IMG/VR virus record: IMGVR_UViG_3300030376_001142
Span: 1-34,188 of that record
Source: a virus
Lineage: Duplodnaviria; Caudoviricetes
Direction: 5' to 3' (one strand)
DNA length: 34,188 bases
Of the stretch, positions 18,555 to 26,773 are shown piece after piece. Under the pieces are notes generated by a model. It searched no databases. It saw only the letters and a list, made by a program, of their open reading frames with translations, and was not told where the DNA came from. The number at the start of each line of letters is the position of its first letter. Position 1 is the stretch's first letter. The translations under genes were made by a program, and so were the position numbers.

Positions 18555-20158
18555 TATATAGTCCTTCCTAGAACCGAATAAATATCTAATTTTTGTAAAG
18601 ATAAAGCATTACCATTAATACTAGCATTAACACCTATTTGTAGTACGTTACCGCTTCCTGTTAGCTGTGCTGTAATTTTATCAATAAATATTGATGCAGA
18701 ATATTCAGCTATATTATATTCTGCTACTCCAAATTCTGATATAGATGCTGCTTTAGTAGTAGCATCTATTGAGTCGTAGTTAGTATTATAATCAAAAGCA
18801 TACTTTATACTTAAAGATGTACTAGAAGCTCCTACAACTGTTACATTAATTTTTTTTAATATTTTTGTTAGAGACTGATTACCAAAATCAAGATAAGGAG
18901 ATAGATAAGAAAATACATAAGGACTACCATCATCAGTAAAGTTTTTATACTGCGCTATTCCATTAGTTTTACCTAATAATAATCTATTATCTTTAGTAGC
19001 TAATAAAGATGAAGGGTCTATTGAATCCCATCTAGTTACTCTATAAGACTGATCTGGCAACAAAGCTCTTACATCAAAACAAAATGTAAAACCACTATTA
19101 GGCATAGTTAATAAATAAAATGCTTCTTTTTGATAATATACGCTTCTAATTTTACTTTTATTTTCTACTGCTAATAATGATAAAAAATTATCTCTTACAT
19201 TTTTAGTTAAATCTCTTAATGGTGCTGATTTTTCTTGTATAGTTCTTCCTAAACTTCTTACACCACTACTAGATAAAAATATTAAATCTGTACCAATATT
19301 TTGTATAGAATCTCTAGCAACACAGCCTATTCCTATTATTGTATCAGCTAAAGCTATATTACTCATATCATCTGCATTGTTATATATAACTATATTTCTT
19401 TCACAAAATATAACTAATGCACTATTATGTTCAGCAAGGGCTACTATTTTATCACCGCCTGCTATTACTTTTTCTAAATTAAGTTGTCCTGATCCGCTAC
19501 CTGATAAATCTGAACCATCTAATAAAACACTAAAATATATTGTTAAAGGATCATTAACAATATCAGCAAAAAACATTCTACCAAAAGCTGATAATGATAC
19601 ATTAGGTTTAAACGTATCTACAGTATATCCACTAGGAACACTGCCTACATCACCAAGTCTTTGAAAACCAAACACTCCAGAATGTGTATGTGCAGACCCC
19701 ATTTTATGATATACAAGTGTAGAATGTCCTTTTTGTGTTACATATCCATGAGGACTTAAATTAACACCGCTTTGGTGCTGTGCTTGTTCAAACTGCCAAT
19801 CATTATCTGAAATAGTGTATGATATTGTAGCATCTGCTGTTGCATTATAAACAGATTGTTGTGTCATTGTTGTTTCACCAACAAACAATTTATTATTACC
19901 AGCACTTATAATACTAAAAGAATTAGTAGCACTAGTCATATCAAACTCAAACATCATTTCTGGTAATGATGATGTACCACCAGCAGTAGTGTTATATTCC
20001 CAACCTTTCCTAGATGCCATTCTACCAGACTTGTCAATTACAGCATTGTCTCCTTCTAATGAAAAAGACTGATCTAGTGTAACACCAGAGTCTTGTGTGT
20101 TATTACCAAAGAATCCTGGTGATGTTAATGAAACAGCTTGTATAGGTTTGTTAGGCAT
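18554..20158 (-). CDS. Tail nozzle / stabilisation protein (P22 gp10 / tubular B-like)
   Basis: Beta-rich, IGCVARDSI...DLIFLS..GVRS; follows the adaptor; start placed at MPNKP (TAATG coupling). Confidence 0.8.
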   Translation of the reverse strand: MPNKPIQAVSLTSPGFFGNNTQDSGVTLDQSFSLEGDNAVIDKSGRMASRKGWEYNTTAGGTSSLPEMMFEFDMTSATNSFSIISAGNNKLFVGETTMTQQSVYNATADATISYTISDNDWQFEQAQHQSGVNLSPHGYVTQKGHSTLVYHKMGSAHTHSGVFGFQRLGDVGSVPSGYTVDTFKPNVSLSAFGRMFFADIVNDPLTIYFSVLLDGSDLSGSGSGQLNLEKVIAGGDKIVALAEHNSALVIFCERNIVIYNNADDMSNIALADTIIGIGCVARDSIQNIGTDLIFLSSSGVRSLGRTIQEKSAPLRDLTKNVRDNFLSLLAVENKSKIRSVYYQKEAFYLLTMPNSGFTFCFDVRALLPDQSYRVTRWDSIDPSSLLATKDNRLLLGKTNGIAQYKNFTDDGSPYVFSYLSPYLDFGNQSLTKILKKINVTVVGASSTSLSIKYAFDYNTNYDSIDATTKAASISEFGVAEYNIAEYSASIFIDKITAQLTGSGNVLQIGVNASINGNALSLQKLDIYSVLGRTI

Positions 20159-20823
20159 TATGAAGGATACCACACAGTTTCTTCATCAGGTCTCCTTGCT
20201 GCTTCAATAGCAATAGCATCTGCTAGTGCTTTATTAGCAACACCATACTGACTTGATACACTAATACCTCCATCTTCACCACGTTCTTCTATTGCTTTAG
20301 CCCATGCTAAAGACGTAATTACATTCTTTTGTAATGCTGTAGTATCAGTATCTTCTGATAATTCATCTTCTGTAATTACTAAATCAAAACGAATAATATA
20401 ATCAGAATCTGGTATAGGTAATAAATCTATTTGACCATCTCTACCAGAAGAAACACCATTATGGTTATAGTATACAGGTGCGCCTTGTTGAGGTGACTGT
20501 GTTAATAACAGTTGCTGAATAAAATATTTAGTTGGTCTATATTGTAAAAATATATCATCAGTATCATTATGAGCAGCAATAACTCTAAACTTATTACCAG
20601 CGTTAGCTAAATTATAATTAAACGTGCCTTGTTGTGTTGTAAATGATATTGTGTTTCTTAAAGTATCCCAGTTCCATGAATCCTCTACTTCTCTTTTAGC
20701 ATCATTAACTAATTTGCCTATTAAAGCTGAGTAAGTATTTTGAGATACAGAAGCTACCTGTGCTTCTCTTAGACGCACTAGAACATCATTTACTAAATCT
20801 AAATATGTAGTTGTGAGTGACAT
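20158..20823 (-). CDS. Head-tail adaptor (tail tubular protein A-like)
   Basis: TYLDLVNDVLVRLRE...VNDAKREVE...W.W; gene position. Confidence 0.8.
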   Translation of the reverse strand: MSLTTTYLDLVNDVLVRLREAQVASVSQNTYSALIGKLVNDAKREVEDSWNWDTLRNTISFTTQQGTFNYNLANAGNKFRVIAAHNDTDDIFLQYRPTKYFIQQLLLTQSPQQGAPVYYNHNGVSSGRDGQIDLLPIPDSDYIIRFDLVITEDELSEDTDTTALQKNVITSLAWAKAIEERGEDGGISVSSQYGVANKALADAIAIEAARRPDEETVWYPS

Positions 20824-21069
20824 TTAACAATCCCATTTTCGTAGTGCTAGTGCTTTTCTGGTTGGTCTGCCTTTACTGTCTTTCATTGGTCCTTTGACAC
20901 CTCCCATTCTAGCACAGAATGATTTACGCCTAGCAGCTTTTTTAGGAGACTTACTAGCTGCTTTTGCTGATACAGGTGGTTTTAAATTAGAACCTGTAGT
21001 ACGTTTAAAAAAATCTCTGCCTTTTTGATTTAATCCGCCTTTAGGATTTTGATACTTTTTTGTTACCAC
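20824..21069 (-). CDS. Small basic phage protein (RRKSFCARM type)
   Basis: QNPKGGLNQKGR...RRKSFCARM...ALRKWDC; start placed at GTG 21069. Confidence 0.75.
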   Translation of the reverse strand: MVTKKYQNPKGGLNQKGRDFFKRTTGSNLKPPVSAKAASKSPKKAARRKSFCARMGGVKGPMKDSKGRPTRKALALRKWDC

Positions 21070-21235
21070 TTTTAACCTTTGTTTTTGCTGTTTTAGATAA
21101 CTCATTAAAATGATAAAGCCTTTTGCTATTTTTTGTATGAGTTTTTCCTGAATGTAAAACACCATCAGACATTTTGTGCATACTGCCTTTATGTTCTTTA
21201 CCATCTTTAAAATAATGTGGCATATTCTTAACCAT
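21041..21235 (-). CDS. Small His/Lys-rich protein
   Basis: HYFKDG.EH...HKM.DG.LHSGKTH; immediately follows the upstream stop codon. Confidence 0.75.
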   Translation of the reverse strand: MVKNMPHYFKDGKEHKGSMHKMSDGVLHSGKTHTKNSKRLYHFNELSKTAKTKVKSGNKKVSKS

Positions 21236-21367
21236 TTATCTGCCCCTTGATATACGTTTAGGCATCATCATTTTCTTCATTGGTTTATTCTTAGGCTTTG
21301 TTTTCTTCATTTCTTTTTTAGGTGGTCTGCCCATTTTTGATCCGTATGTTCCTTTTCCCATTGGCAT
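21236..21367 (-). CDS. Small very basic protein (43 aa, not in ORF track)
   Basis: AAGGAG SD; MPMGKGTYGSKMGRPPKKEMKK... Confidence 0.75.
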   Translation of the reverse strand: MPMGKGTYGSKMGRPPKKEMKKTKPKNKPMKKMMMPKRISRGR

Positions 21368-21368
21368 A

Positions 21369-21542
21369 TTATTTCTCCTTAGTTTTGTTAATAATATTTT
21401 GAACAGTTTTAGTTTCGTATATTCTAATTGCAGACCATATTAAAGTAGCTAAAGCTGCTAATGGTGGCAATACTTCAGCTAAAGAACCTATAACAGTTAT
21501 TATAGAAGCTATATCAAATAATGGTTTTATTTCTTCGTGCAT
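21369..21542 (-). CDS. Small membrane protein, holin-like (57 aa, not in ORF track)
   Basis: MHEEIKPLFDIASIITVIGSLAEVLPPLAALATLIWSAIRIYETKTVQ... Confidence 0.7.
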   Translation of the reverse strand: MHEEIKPLFDIASIITVIGSLAEVLPPLAALATLIWSAIRIYETKTVQNIINKTKEK

Positions 21543-21608
21543 AGTTTATATTCTTTATAAGTTGTTTTAAAGCCTTTGTTATTTTGTTAGAAGTTTGTGT
21601 GTTCATTT

Positions 21609-22010
21609 TCAATAGTCAAACAAGACCCAACCCTTTGTATTGTCAGATTGATATAAAGACTCATCCCATTTATATGCTTTGTTATCTGAAATTTGTTGTT
21701 CTGTTAAAGTAGGTTGTGGTATGGGTGCTTCCCATTCTTTATCAGAATTAATTGTCCAACTTGCAAAGGGTTGTGGTTGCATAAACGCATCAATATCTTC
21801 ATAGTATTTATAATTTGGCCCTGGGTATCTTTTTCTAATATTGTTGTTATAACTTGCTTGTTTCCAGTTACTGTGACCATATAAACTTGTTAAAAAAGCA
21901 ACTCCTAGTGCTTCAACTTCATTACCACTTTCATCTGTAATTTTTTTATTATTTAAAACATGAACTTTTAAAACAATATTGTTTTCATCTAACTTTGCAA
22001 AATGTGCCAT
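21609..22010 (-). CDS. MAHFA-type protein, probable tail-fibre partner or chaperone
   Basis: MAHFAKLD, WKQASYN...RKRY, F..PQPFASW...WEAP; follows the Gly-rich fibre gene. Confidence 0.8.
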   Translation of the reverse strand: MAHFAKLDENNIVLKVHVLNNKKITDESGNEVEALGVAFLTSLYGHSNWKQASYNNNIRKRYPGPNYKYYEDIDAFMQPQPFASWTINSDKEWEAPIPQPTLTEQQISDNKAYKWDESLYQSDNTKGWVLFDY

Positions 22011-22016
22011 AAAGAT

Positions 22017-22835
22017 TTACTCCAAAAATTCAATAATAACTATTCCTGAGCCTCCAGCACCAGAATCGGCAGGGCCATGTTTAGAACCACCACCCCCAGA
22101 GCCTGTATTAGCAGTTCCAGCTACTCCAGGATTAGACCCTCCAGCACCTCCACCACCAGAGCCACCTGATCCAGTTGAAACATCACCAGAACCTCCACCA
22201 CCTCCAGCACGAGTTACGGCAGAAACACTTGTAATTGATCCTCTTGCATCTGATCCAGCACCTCCATTAGCACCAGAGTTGCTTGAAGCCGCTTGCCCAA
22301 CTGCTCCAGCACCTCCTCCACCTCCACCTAATGTATTTCCAGAAGCAGCAGAATCACCTCCGTCATTGCCTTGTGAGGGTGAAGTTGAAGGTGTGTTTCC
22401 ACTACCTCTAGCAGCATTACTGCCTCCACCGCCTGATCCACCACTTCGACCAGCTTGTCCATTATAAGAACCTCCACCGCCTCCGCCAGCGGATGAAACT
22501 AAACTAACAATTTCTGAGGAAGCGCCATCTTTTCCTAAAGTTGAAGCACCACCACCGCCAGATGAGGTAGATGCAGCACCTCCAGCACCTATAGTAATAG
22601 TGTAAGTTTGCCCTGGATTAACAGAAACAGTCCCAGTTCTATATCCGCCTGCTCCACCGCCGCCTCCACGACCACCGCCACCAGAGCCACCACCCCCAAT
22701 TACCAAATAATGAATTTGAGTGGTTAGTGCTGGAGCAGTCCATGTGTCATCACCGGTAAACGTTTCGGAAGATAAAGTTGTTGGGCCACTTGCTACAACA
22801 TTGTTGGTCATTAGGAGTTGATGTATTCCTGTCAT
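22017..22835 (-). CDS. Glycine-rich tail fibre / receptor-binding domain protein
   Basis: YLVIGGGGSGG, GGGGAGGY, ANTGSGGGG, GGSGIVII; locally higher GC. Confidence 0.8.
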   Translation of the reverse strand: MTGIHQLLMTNNVVASGPTTLSSETFTGDDTWTAPALTTQIHYLVIGGGGSGGGGRGGGGGAGGYRTGTVSVNPGQTYTITIGAGGAASTSSGGGGASTLGKDGASSEIVSLVSSAGGGGGGSYNGQAGRSGGSGGGGSNAARGSGNTPSTSPSQGNDGGDSAASGNTLGGGGGGAGAVGQAASSNSGANGGAGSDARGSITSVSAVTRAGGGGGSGDVSTGSGGSGGGGAGGSNPGVAGTANTGSGGGGSKHGPADSGAGGSGIVIIEFLE

Positions 22836-22838
22836 AAT

Positions 22839-23477
22839 TTAACTCACATTTCCTGTAACAAAACAACCAGCAGCAGAAGTAAAGATTAAACTAGCTACTC
22901 CATTATCTGCTATAGTTGCTACTGCTGTAGGACTAGCACTTCCAGCTATAATCATGCCTCCTATAGCTGCACTAATTTGTGCTGAAGCGCCTCTAGCAAT
23001 GATAGATAGTATATCTCCACTATCAAAAGTACTAGGGGGTATAGTCATTGTTACGCCTGCTGAAATTGCTAAAACAAAATTACCTAAATCAGTAGTTGCT
23101 AAATTAGCACTATTATTTACTGTTCTAGATTGGGGAACATCTCTTAAACTACCATCAGCATCAGACGCTCCACCAGTAACTAATAAAGTACCACCAACAG
23201 ATGTATTACTAAGGACATCTAGTGTTCCTGTAGTATTTGCTGTAGCAAAAGTAAAAGTTTCTTCTACTAATAAAGTACCACCAACTGAAGCATTACCTAC
23301 TACATCTAAAGTAGCAGGATTAACTCCTACTTCTACAATAACATTACTGCTATTTTTAGTGTATAGTCTTTTATCAGCAGTATTAATAGCTAGTTCAGCA
23401 CCACCAGTAGAATTTGTTAAATCAGCAGTTGCTGGTATTCCAGAACTGTCTTTCTTTTTTGTTAATATAGTAGCCAT
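22839..23477 (-). CDS. Tail fibre module
   Basis: N-terminal ELAINTADKRLY (Mtd-N-like), internal TLDV..N.SVGGTLLV repeats. Confidence 0.7.
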   Translation of the reverse strand: MATILTKKKDSSGIPATADLTNSTGGAELAINTADKRLYTKNSSNVIVEVGVNPATLDVVGNASVGGTLLVEETFTFATANTTGTLDVLSNTSVGGTLLVTGGASDADGSLRDVPQSRTVNNSANLATTDLGNFVLAISAGVTMTIPPSTFDSGDILSIIARGASAQISAAIGGMIIAGSASPTAVATIADNGVASLIFTSAAGCFVTGNVS

Positions 23478-24010
23478 TAATATGTACCCCCTTCAATGGT
23501 GCTGGCTGTTGTTAAGACGTTTATACCGCCATCTTGTAATACTCCTGTAAAGTTTGCTGTTGCTGCATCTAGTTTTGCTGTATCTGCGTCATATGCCTGT
23601 ACTGATACTCCTAAATCAGATGCTTTTAATACATTACTAGCACTTTGTTGTAATAAAACTGTAAAGTTTGCAGTAGTATCCAACTTGGCTGTATCAGCAT
23701 CGTGTGCTTGCACAGTTGAACCGATATCTGTATCGACCACCACATTACTACCGCCATTTTGCAATACTCCTGTAAAGTTTGCTGTTGCCGCGTCGAAACT
23801 AACACCAGCAGCGCCAGCTGCAGTTGCAAACGTAACATCAGTAGCATCTGCATTAACTGTTAATACAAAATTAGCTCCTGCATATGATGGTAATAAAACA
23901 GACCTAGCAGAAGCAACAGTAGTAGCACTTGTGCCACCTTCGCTAACAGCTAAAGGCAGTTGCTCAAATGTAGCAGTATCAGCACCTCCTGTGCCTCTAA
24001 AAAAAGCCAT
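23477..24010 (-). CDS. Tail or head fibre protein with internal repeats
   Basis: LAVSEGGT, three ANFT..LQ...NV repeats, VQA.DAD, ends in EGGTY. Confidence 0.7.
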   Translation of the reverse strand: MAFFRGTGGADTATFEQLPLAVSEGGTSATTVASARSVLLPSYAGANFVLTVNADATDVTFATAAGAAGVSFDAATANFTGVLQNGGSNVVVDTDIGSTVQAHDADTAKLDTTANFTVLLQQSASNVLKASDLGVSVQAYDADTAKLDAATANFTGVLQDGGINVLTTASTIEGGTY

Positions 24011-24020
24011 GATAACCCTT

Positions 24021-24048
24021 ATAAAGTAAAACCCACACTAGGTGGGCT
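24021..24048 (-). terminator. Probable intrinsic terminator
   Basis: Minus strand GCCCAC-CTAGT-GTGGGT followed by TTTACTTT. Confidence 0.65.
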
Positions 24049-24051
24049 ATA

Positions 24052-24369
24052 TTAAAAGTTAGGTCTACCTATAAAACAACTATAAGTAGCTGTTGCTAAA
24101 TCAATAGCACCGCCTGTGTTATTTTCTATCATAAACTCTAATGTATTTGCTCCAGTAATACTAGCAACTAAATTAGTATCTAATGCAGAGCTACTTGTAG
24201 CAACTCCTAATACCATATCACCTAAGTTTACTCCAGAAACTGTAACAGCCGTAACTTCTTCGTTTCCGTCACCAACACTTCCAAAATTAAAACTATCTGA
24301 TACAGCCCATGTGTCTGTAAAAGCATTTTGAAACTGCCTATGCTGTCCTCTTTGTACTTTTGTAGCCAT
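24052..24369 (-). CDS. Probable capsid decoration protein
   Basis: Beta-rich, VTVSGVNLGD...N.TGGAIDLA; directly after the major capsid gene; AAGGA SD. Confidence 0.65.
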   Translation of the reverse strand: MATKVQRGQHRQFQNAFTDTWAVSDSFNFGSVGDGNEEVTAVTVSGVNLGDMVLGVATSSSALDTNLVASITGANTLEFMIENNTGGAIDLATATYSCFIGRPNF

Positions 24370-24384
24370 TGTTTTTCCTTAAGA

Positions 24385-24419
24385 TAAAAAGTAGGGTTGA
24401 CTAATTAAAGCCAACCCTT
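24385..24419 (-). terminator. Intrinsic terminator after the major capsid gene
   Basis: Minus strand AGGGTTGGC...GTCAACCCT followed by ACTTTTT. Confidence 0.75.
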
Positions 24420-24427
24420 ATAGTTAA

Positions 24428-25354
24428 TTAAGCAGGTACAATTAACGCAACAGCAGAGCTATCACGCAACTCACCAACACCATAAAGGGTATCAGCAGTT
24501 AGTAAAGTACCTAAGTACTCTTGCTTATATTGTGTTTGCACTCTTAAAGATAATTGCTCAATCAATACAGCCCACTCAGGGTGGAAAAGTAACGAAGCCC
24601 TTGCACCACCAGAACCAGAAGTAGTAGCAGCATTAGTAGAAACATATACTTTAACTCCATATATGTCACCAATCTGACCATTTCTAATTGTGTTAGCATT
24701 TCCAGACTCACCTGTAAAGGCTTGTTCTGTAAATCTTGAAAGACCCATCATTGTATTACGAGCTACAGGTGGGATAACAAAGCTACGATTTTCCATTGGA
24801 ACATCAGCATCATCAAGACGCTGAATAGCTCTTCTAAAACCTGCATCTGTAATAGCTGACTCGTTATTTGAACCAGCTACATAAAGTGTAGAACCATCTC
24901 CACCAATATAGCCTTTAGTGTAAGCTGTGTTAGCAGCACCACCTTGTGCAGAAGCACCTAAAGCTAAAACATCTGTGTCGATTCTTGTAGCTAACGAATA
25001 ACCAGCATCATCAGTATAGAAACGTCTTAATGAGTTTAATGCTTGTACTTCAGCAAAATCATCAATCAATCTACTATATTCATAATGAGAACCAATGGTA
25101 ACAGTAATTTCTGAACCAGATTCTTGAATAAGAGTTACTTCAGTTTCAGCAGCTTTAGTACTGGCTGCTCCTCTAGCTGGTGAAGGAAAGTGAACTACAT
25201 CACCTTTCTTACCCTTCATATTCATTTTTTTAACTAAATTAGCAGCAACAAGATTTTTCTTATATGCTGCGACTATTTCATCAGACCAAACCTCAGGTAT
25301 AAAACCTGCTGTATTTACTTCTGATTGAATAACGTGATTAGTACCTAGACCCAT
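24428..25354 (-). CDS. Major capsid protein
   Basis: FIPEVWS, GDVVHFP, AGYSLA..ID, G.IYGVKVY.S, DTLYG; follows the scaffold gene. Confidence 0.92.
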   Translation of the reverse strand: MGLGTNHVIQSEVNTAGFIPEVWSDEIVAAYKKNLVAANLVKKMNMKGKKGDVVHFPSPARGAASTKAAETEVTLIQESGSEITVTIGSHYEYSRLIDDFAEVQALNSLRRFYTDDAGYSLATRIDTDVLALGASAQGGAANTAYTKGYIGGDGSTLYVAGSNNESAITDAGFRRAIQRLDDADVPMENRSFVIPPVARNTMMGLSRFTEQAFTGESGNANTIRNGQIGDIYGVKVYVSTNAATTSGSGGARASLLFHPEWAVLIEQLSLRVQTQYKQEYLGTLLTADTLYGVGELRDSSAVALIVPA

Positions 25355-25380
25355 GATAAATATCCTTTATAAAATGTAAT

Positions 25381-26139
25381 TTATCTGACCCTTCCTTCTT
25401 TATAAGCTAATTCTATTTCAGACCACATAGAATCATACTTGTCAGGATCAGTTTGATTCAGTCGAATAAGATCAGAACGCCTAAAAATCTTTTTAGATGG
25501 TGCTTCATTACTTCCACTAGGTACAGTTGTAGTAGCAGTTTTAACGCTTTGAGATCGAGATTGTTTCTCCATCTCTGCTGTTTTCTTACCAGTTTCTCTT
25601 CTATCTTTGTATAAAGATATTAACTCGTCAGCAGCGTCATAATCATATCTACGATCAGCACGAACAAATAACTCTGATCTAACTTTAGAATTATTTACCC
25701 AATCTTGAAATCCTTGCTCTTTAACAACATCAGCAAAATCAGAGTGTTTCTCTTTTAATGCTGATAATGCTTTAGCTCTTTGCATTTCTAAACTAGCTTG
25801 TTCTGCTTGTTTAATCTTAGGGTGATTTTGTATTGCTTTATCTACAGCCTTTTTAGGGTCAGTAAAAAAATCATCTTCATTATTTTCTTGTTCTGTTTGC
25901 TTTGTCTGTTCAGCTTGGTTATGGATATAAGAATCAGCAACTCTTCGTAGTTCTCCTAACTCTGAACCCTGCCTACCTATTAGCTTTTCAGCCGCCTGGT
26001 GCATACCAACAATTTCTGATAAAGATTTTCCCTTATACTTCTCTGGTATCTCTTCTTCAACTTTTGGTTGTTCTTGGACAACTTCTTCTTCTTCTGTTTT
26101 AGTTTCTTCTTCCTTAACTTCTTCTACAAATTCAGCCAT
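25381..26139 (-). CDS. Capsid scaffolding protein
   Basis: Acidic N-terminus, PEKYKGKS, IGRQGSELGELR, C-terminal AYKEGRVR; start at MAEF with AGGAG SD. Confidence 0.85.
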   Translation of the reverse strand: MAEFVEEVKEEETKTEEEEVVQEQPKVEEEIPEKYKGKSLSEIVGMHQAAEKLIGRQGSELGELRRVADSYIHNQAEQTKQTEQENNEDDFFTDPKKAVDKAIQNHPKIKQAEQASLEMQRAKALSALKEKHSDFADVVKEQGFQDWVNNSKVRSELFVRADRRYDYDAADELISLYKDRRETGKKTAEMEKQSRSQSVKTATTTVPSGSNEAPSKKIFRRSDLIRLNQTDPDKYDSMWSEIELAYKEGRVR

Positions 26140-26216
26140 TATATCTCCTGTGTCATATAGACATTTTAGGAAAGACACTTACATAACAGGGGGTCTCCTT
26201 ATCCCTTAAATACTTA

Positions 26217-26480
26217 TCATACTTCGACTTCACTACGATAAGCATCTCCAATACCCATTTTTCTTTCATACTTCATGTGACTCTCTCTTTTTTTTATCCA
26301 AGCATCAGATGCTGTAGGAAAGTCACCAGAGCAACCATCTAAATCTATTCTTGGAATACTAATTATGCGTTTAGCGTTAGCATTACAATGTGGACAAGAT
26401 GCTGCAAATTGTTCATCATCTATGTATCTATCAAACAGATGATTATTAGTACAAATAAATTCAAATATTCTTTTAGCCAT
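26217..26480 (-). CDS. FmdB-like zinc-ribbon protein
   Basis: FEFIC...H...CPHC...AKRIIS.P. Confidence 0.75.
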   Translation of the reverse strand: MAKRIFEFICTNNHLFDRYIDDEQFAASCPHCNANAKRIISIPRIDLDGCSGDFPTASDAWIKKRESHMKYERKMGIGDAYRSEVEV

Positions 26481-26482
26481 AC

Positions 26483-26734
26483 TTAAGTATTAGTATATTC
26501 TTCTTCGTTATTAATATCTTCATACACCTTTTCTGACATTGTTTTTAAACTTAAAATATATTTAAGCATATCTACTTGACCTTTTTGAAAGTAAAAGTCA
26601 TCAACACCTTTACAGTTATTAATGTCTTTATACTCGTTATACATCTTTGTTAAGTCTTCTTCAAGGTCTTTCCAACCCTGACTTAACATCATATCAAAAC
26701 GATCATCATAATACTTTTGTAATTTTTTATCCAT
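26483..26734 (-). CDS. Head-module hypothetical protein
   Basis: GWKDL...FQKGQ pattern; directly after the portal. Confidence 0.8.
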   Translation of the reverse strand: MDKKLQKYYDDRFDMMLSQGWKDLEEDLTKMYNEYKDINNCKGVDDFYFQKGQVDMLKYILSLKTMSEKVYEDINNEEEYTNT

Positions 26735-26744
26735 AATGGAAAGT

Positions 26745-26773
26745 ATTATAACACACTTTTACTGTTTTGTCAA
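26745..26773 (-). promoter_or_regulatory. Consensus sigma70 promoter with extended -10, driving the scaffold and capsid genes
   Basis: Minus strand TTGACA-17 nt-TATAAT with TG at -15/-14; the -35 contains the portal stop codon. Confidence 0.85.

Noticed and set aside
21979-24029. Long + strand ORFs (21979-22467, 22954-23550, 23496-24029) opposite the fibre genes
   Set aside because: Antisense shadows of Gly/Ala/Thr-rich genes, without SD and against the operon direction.
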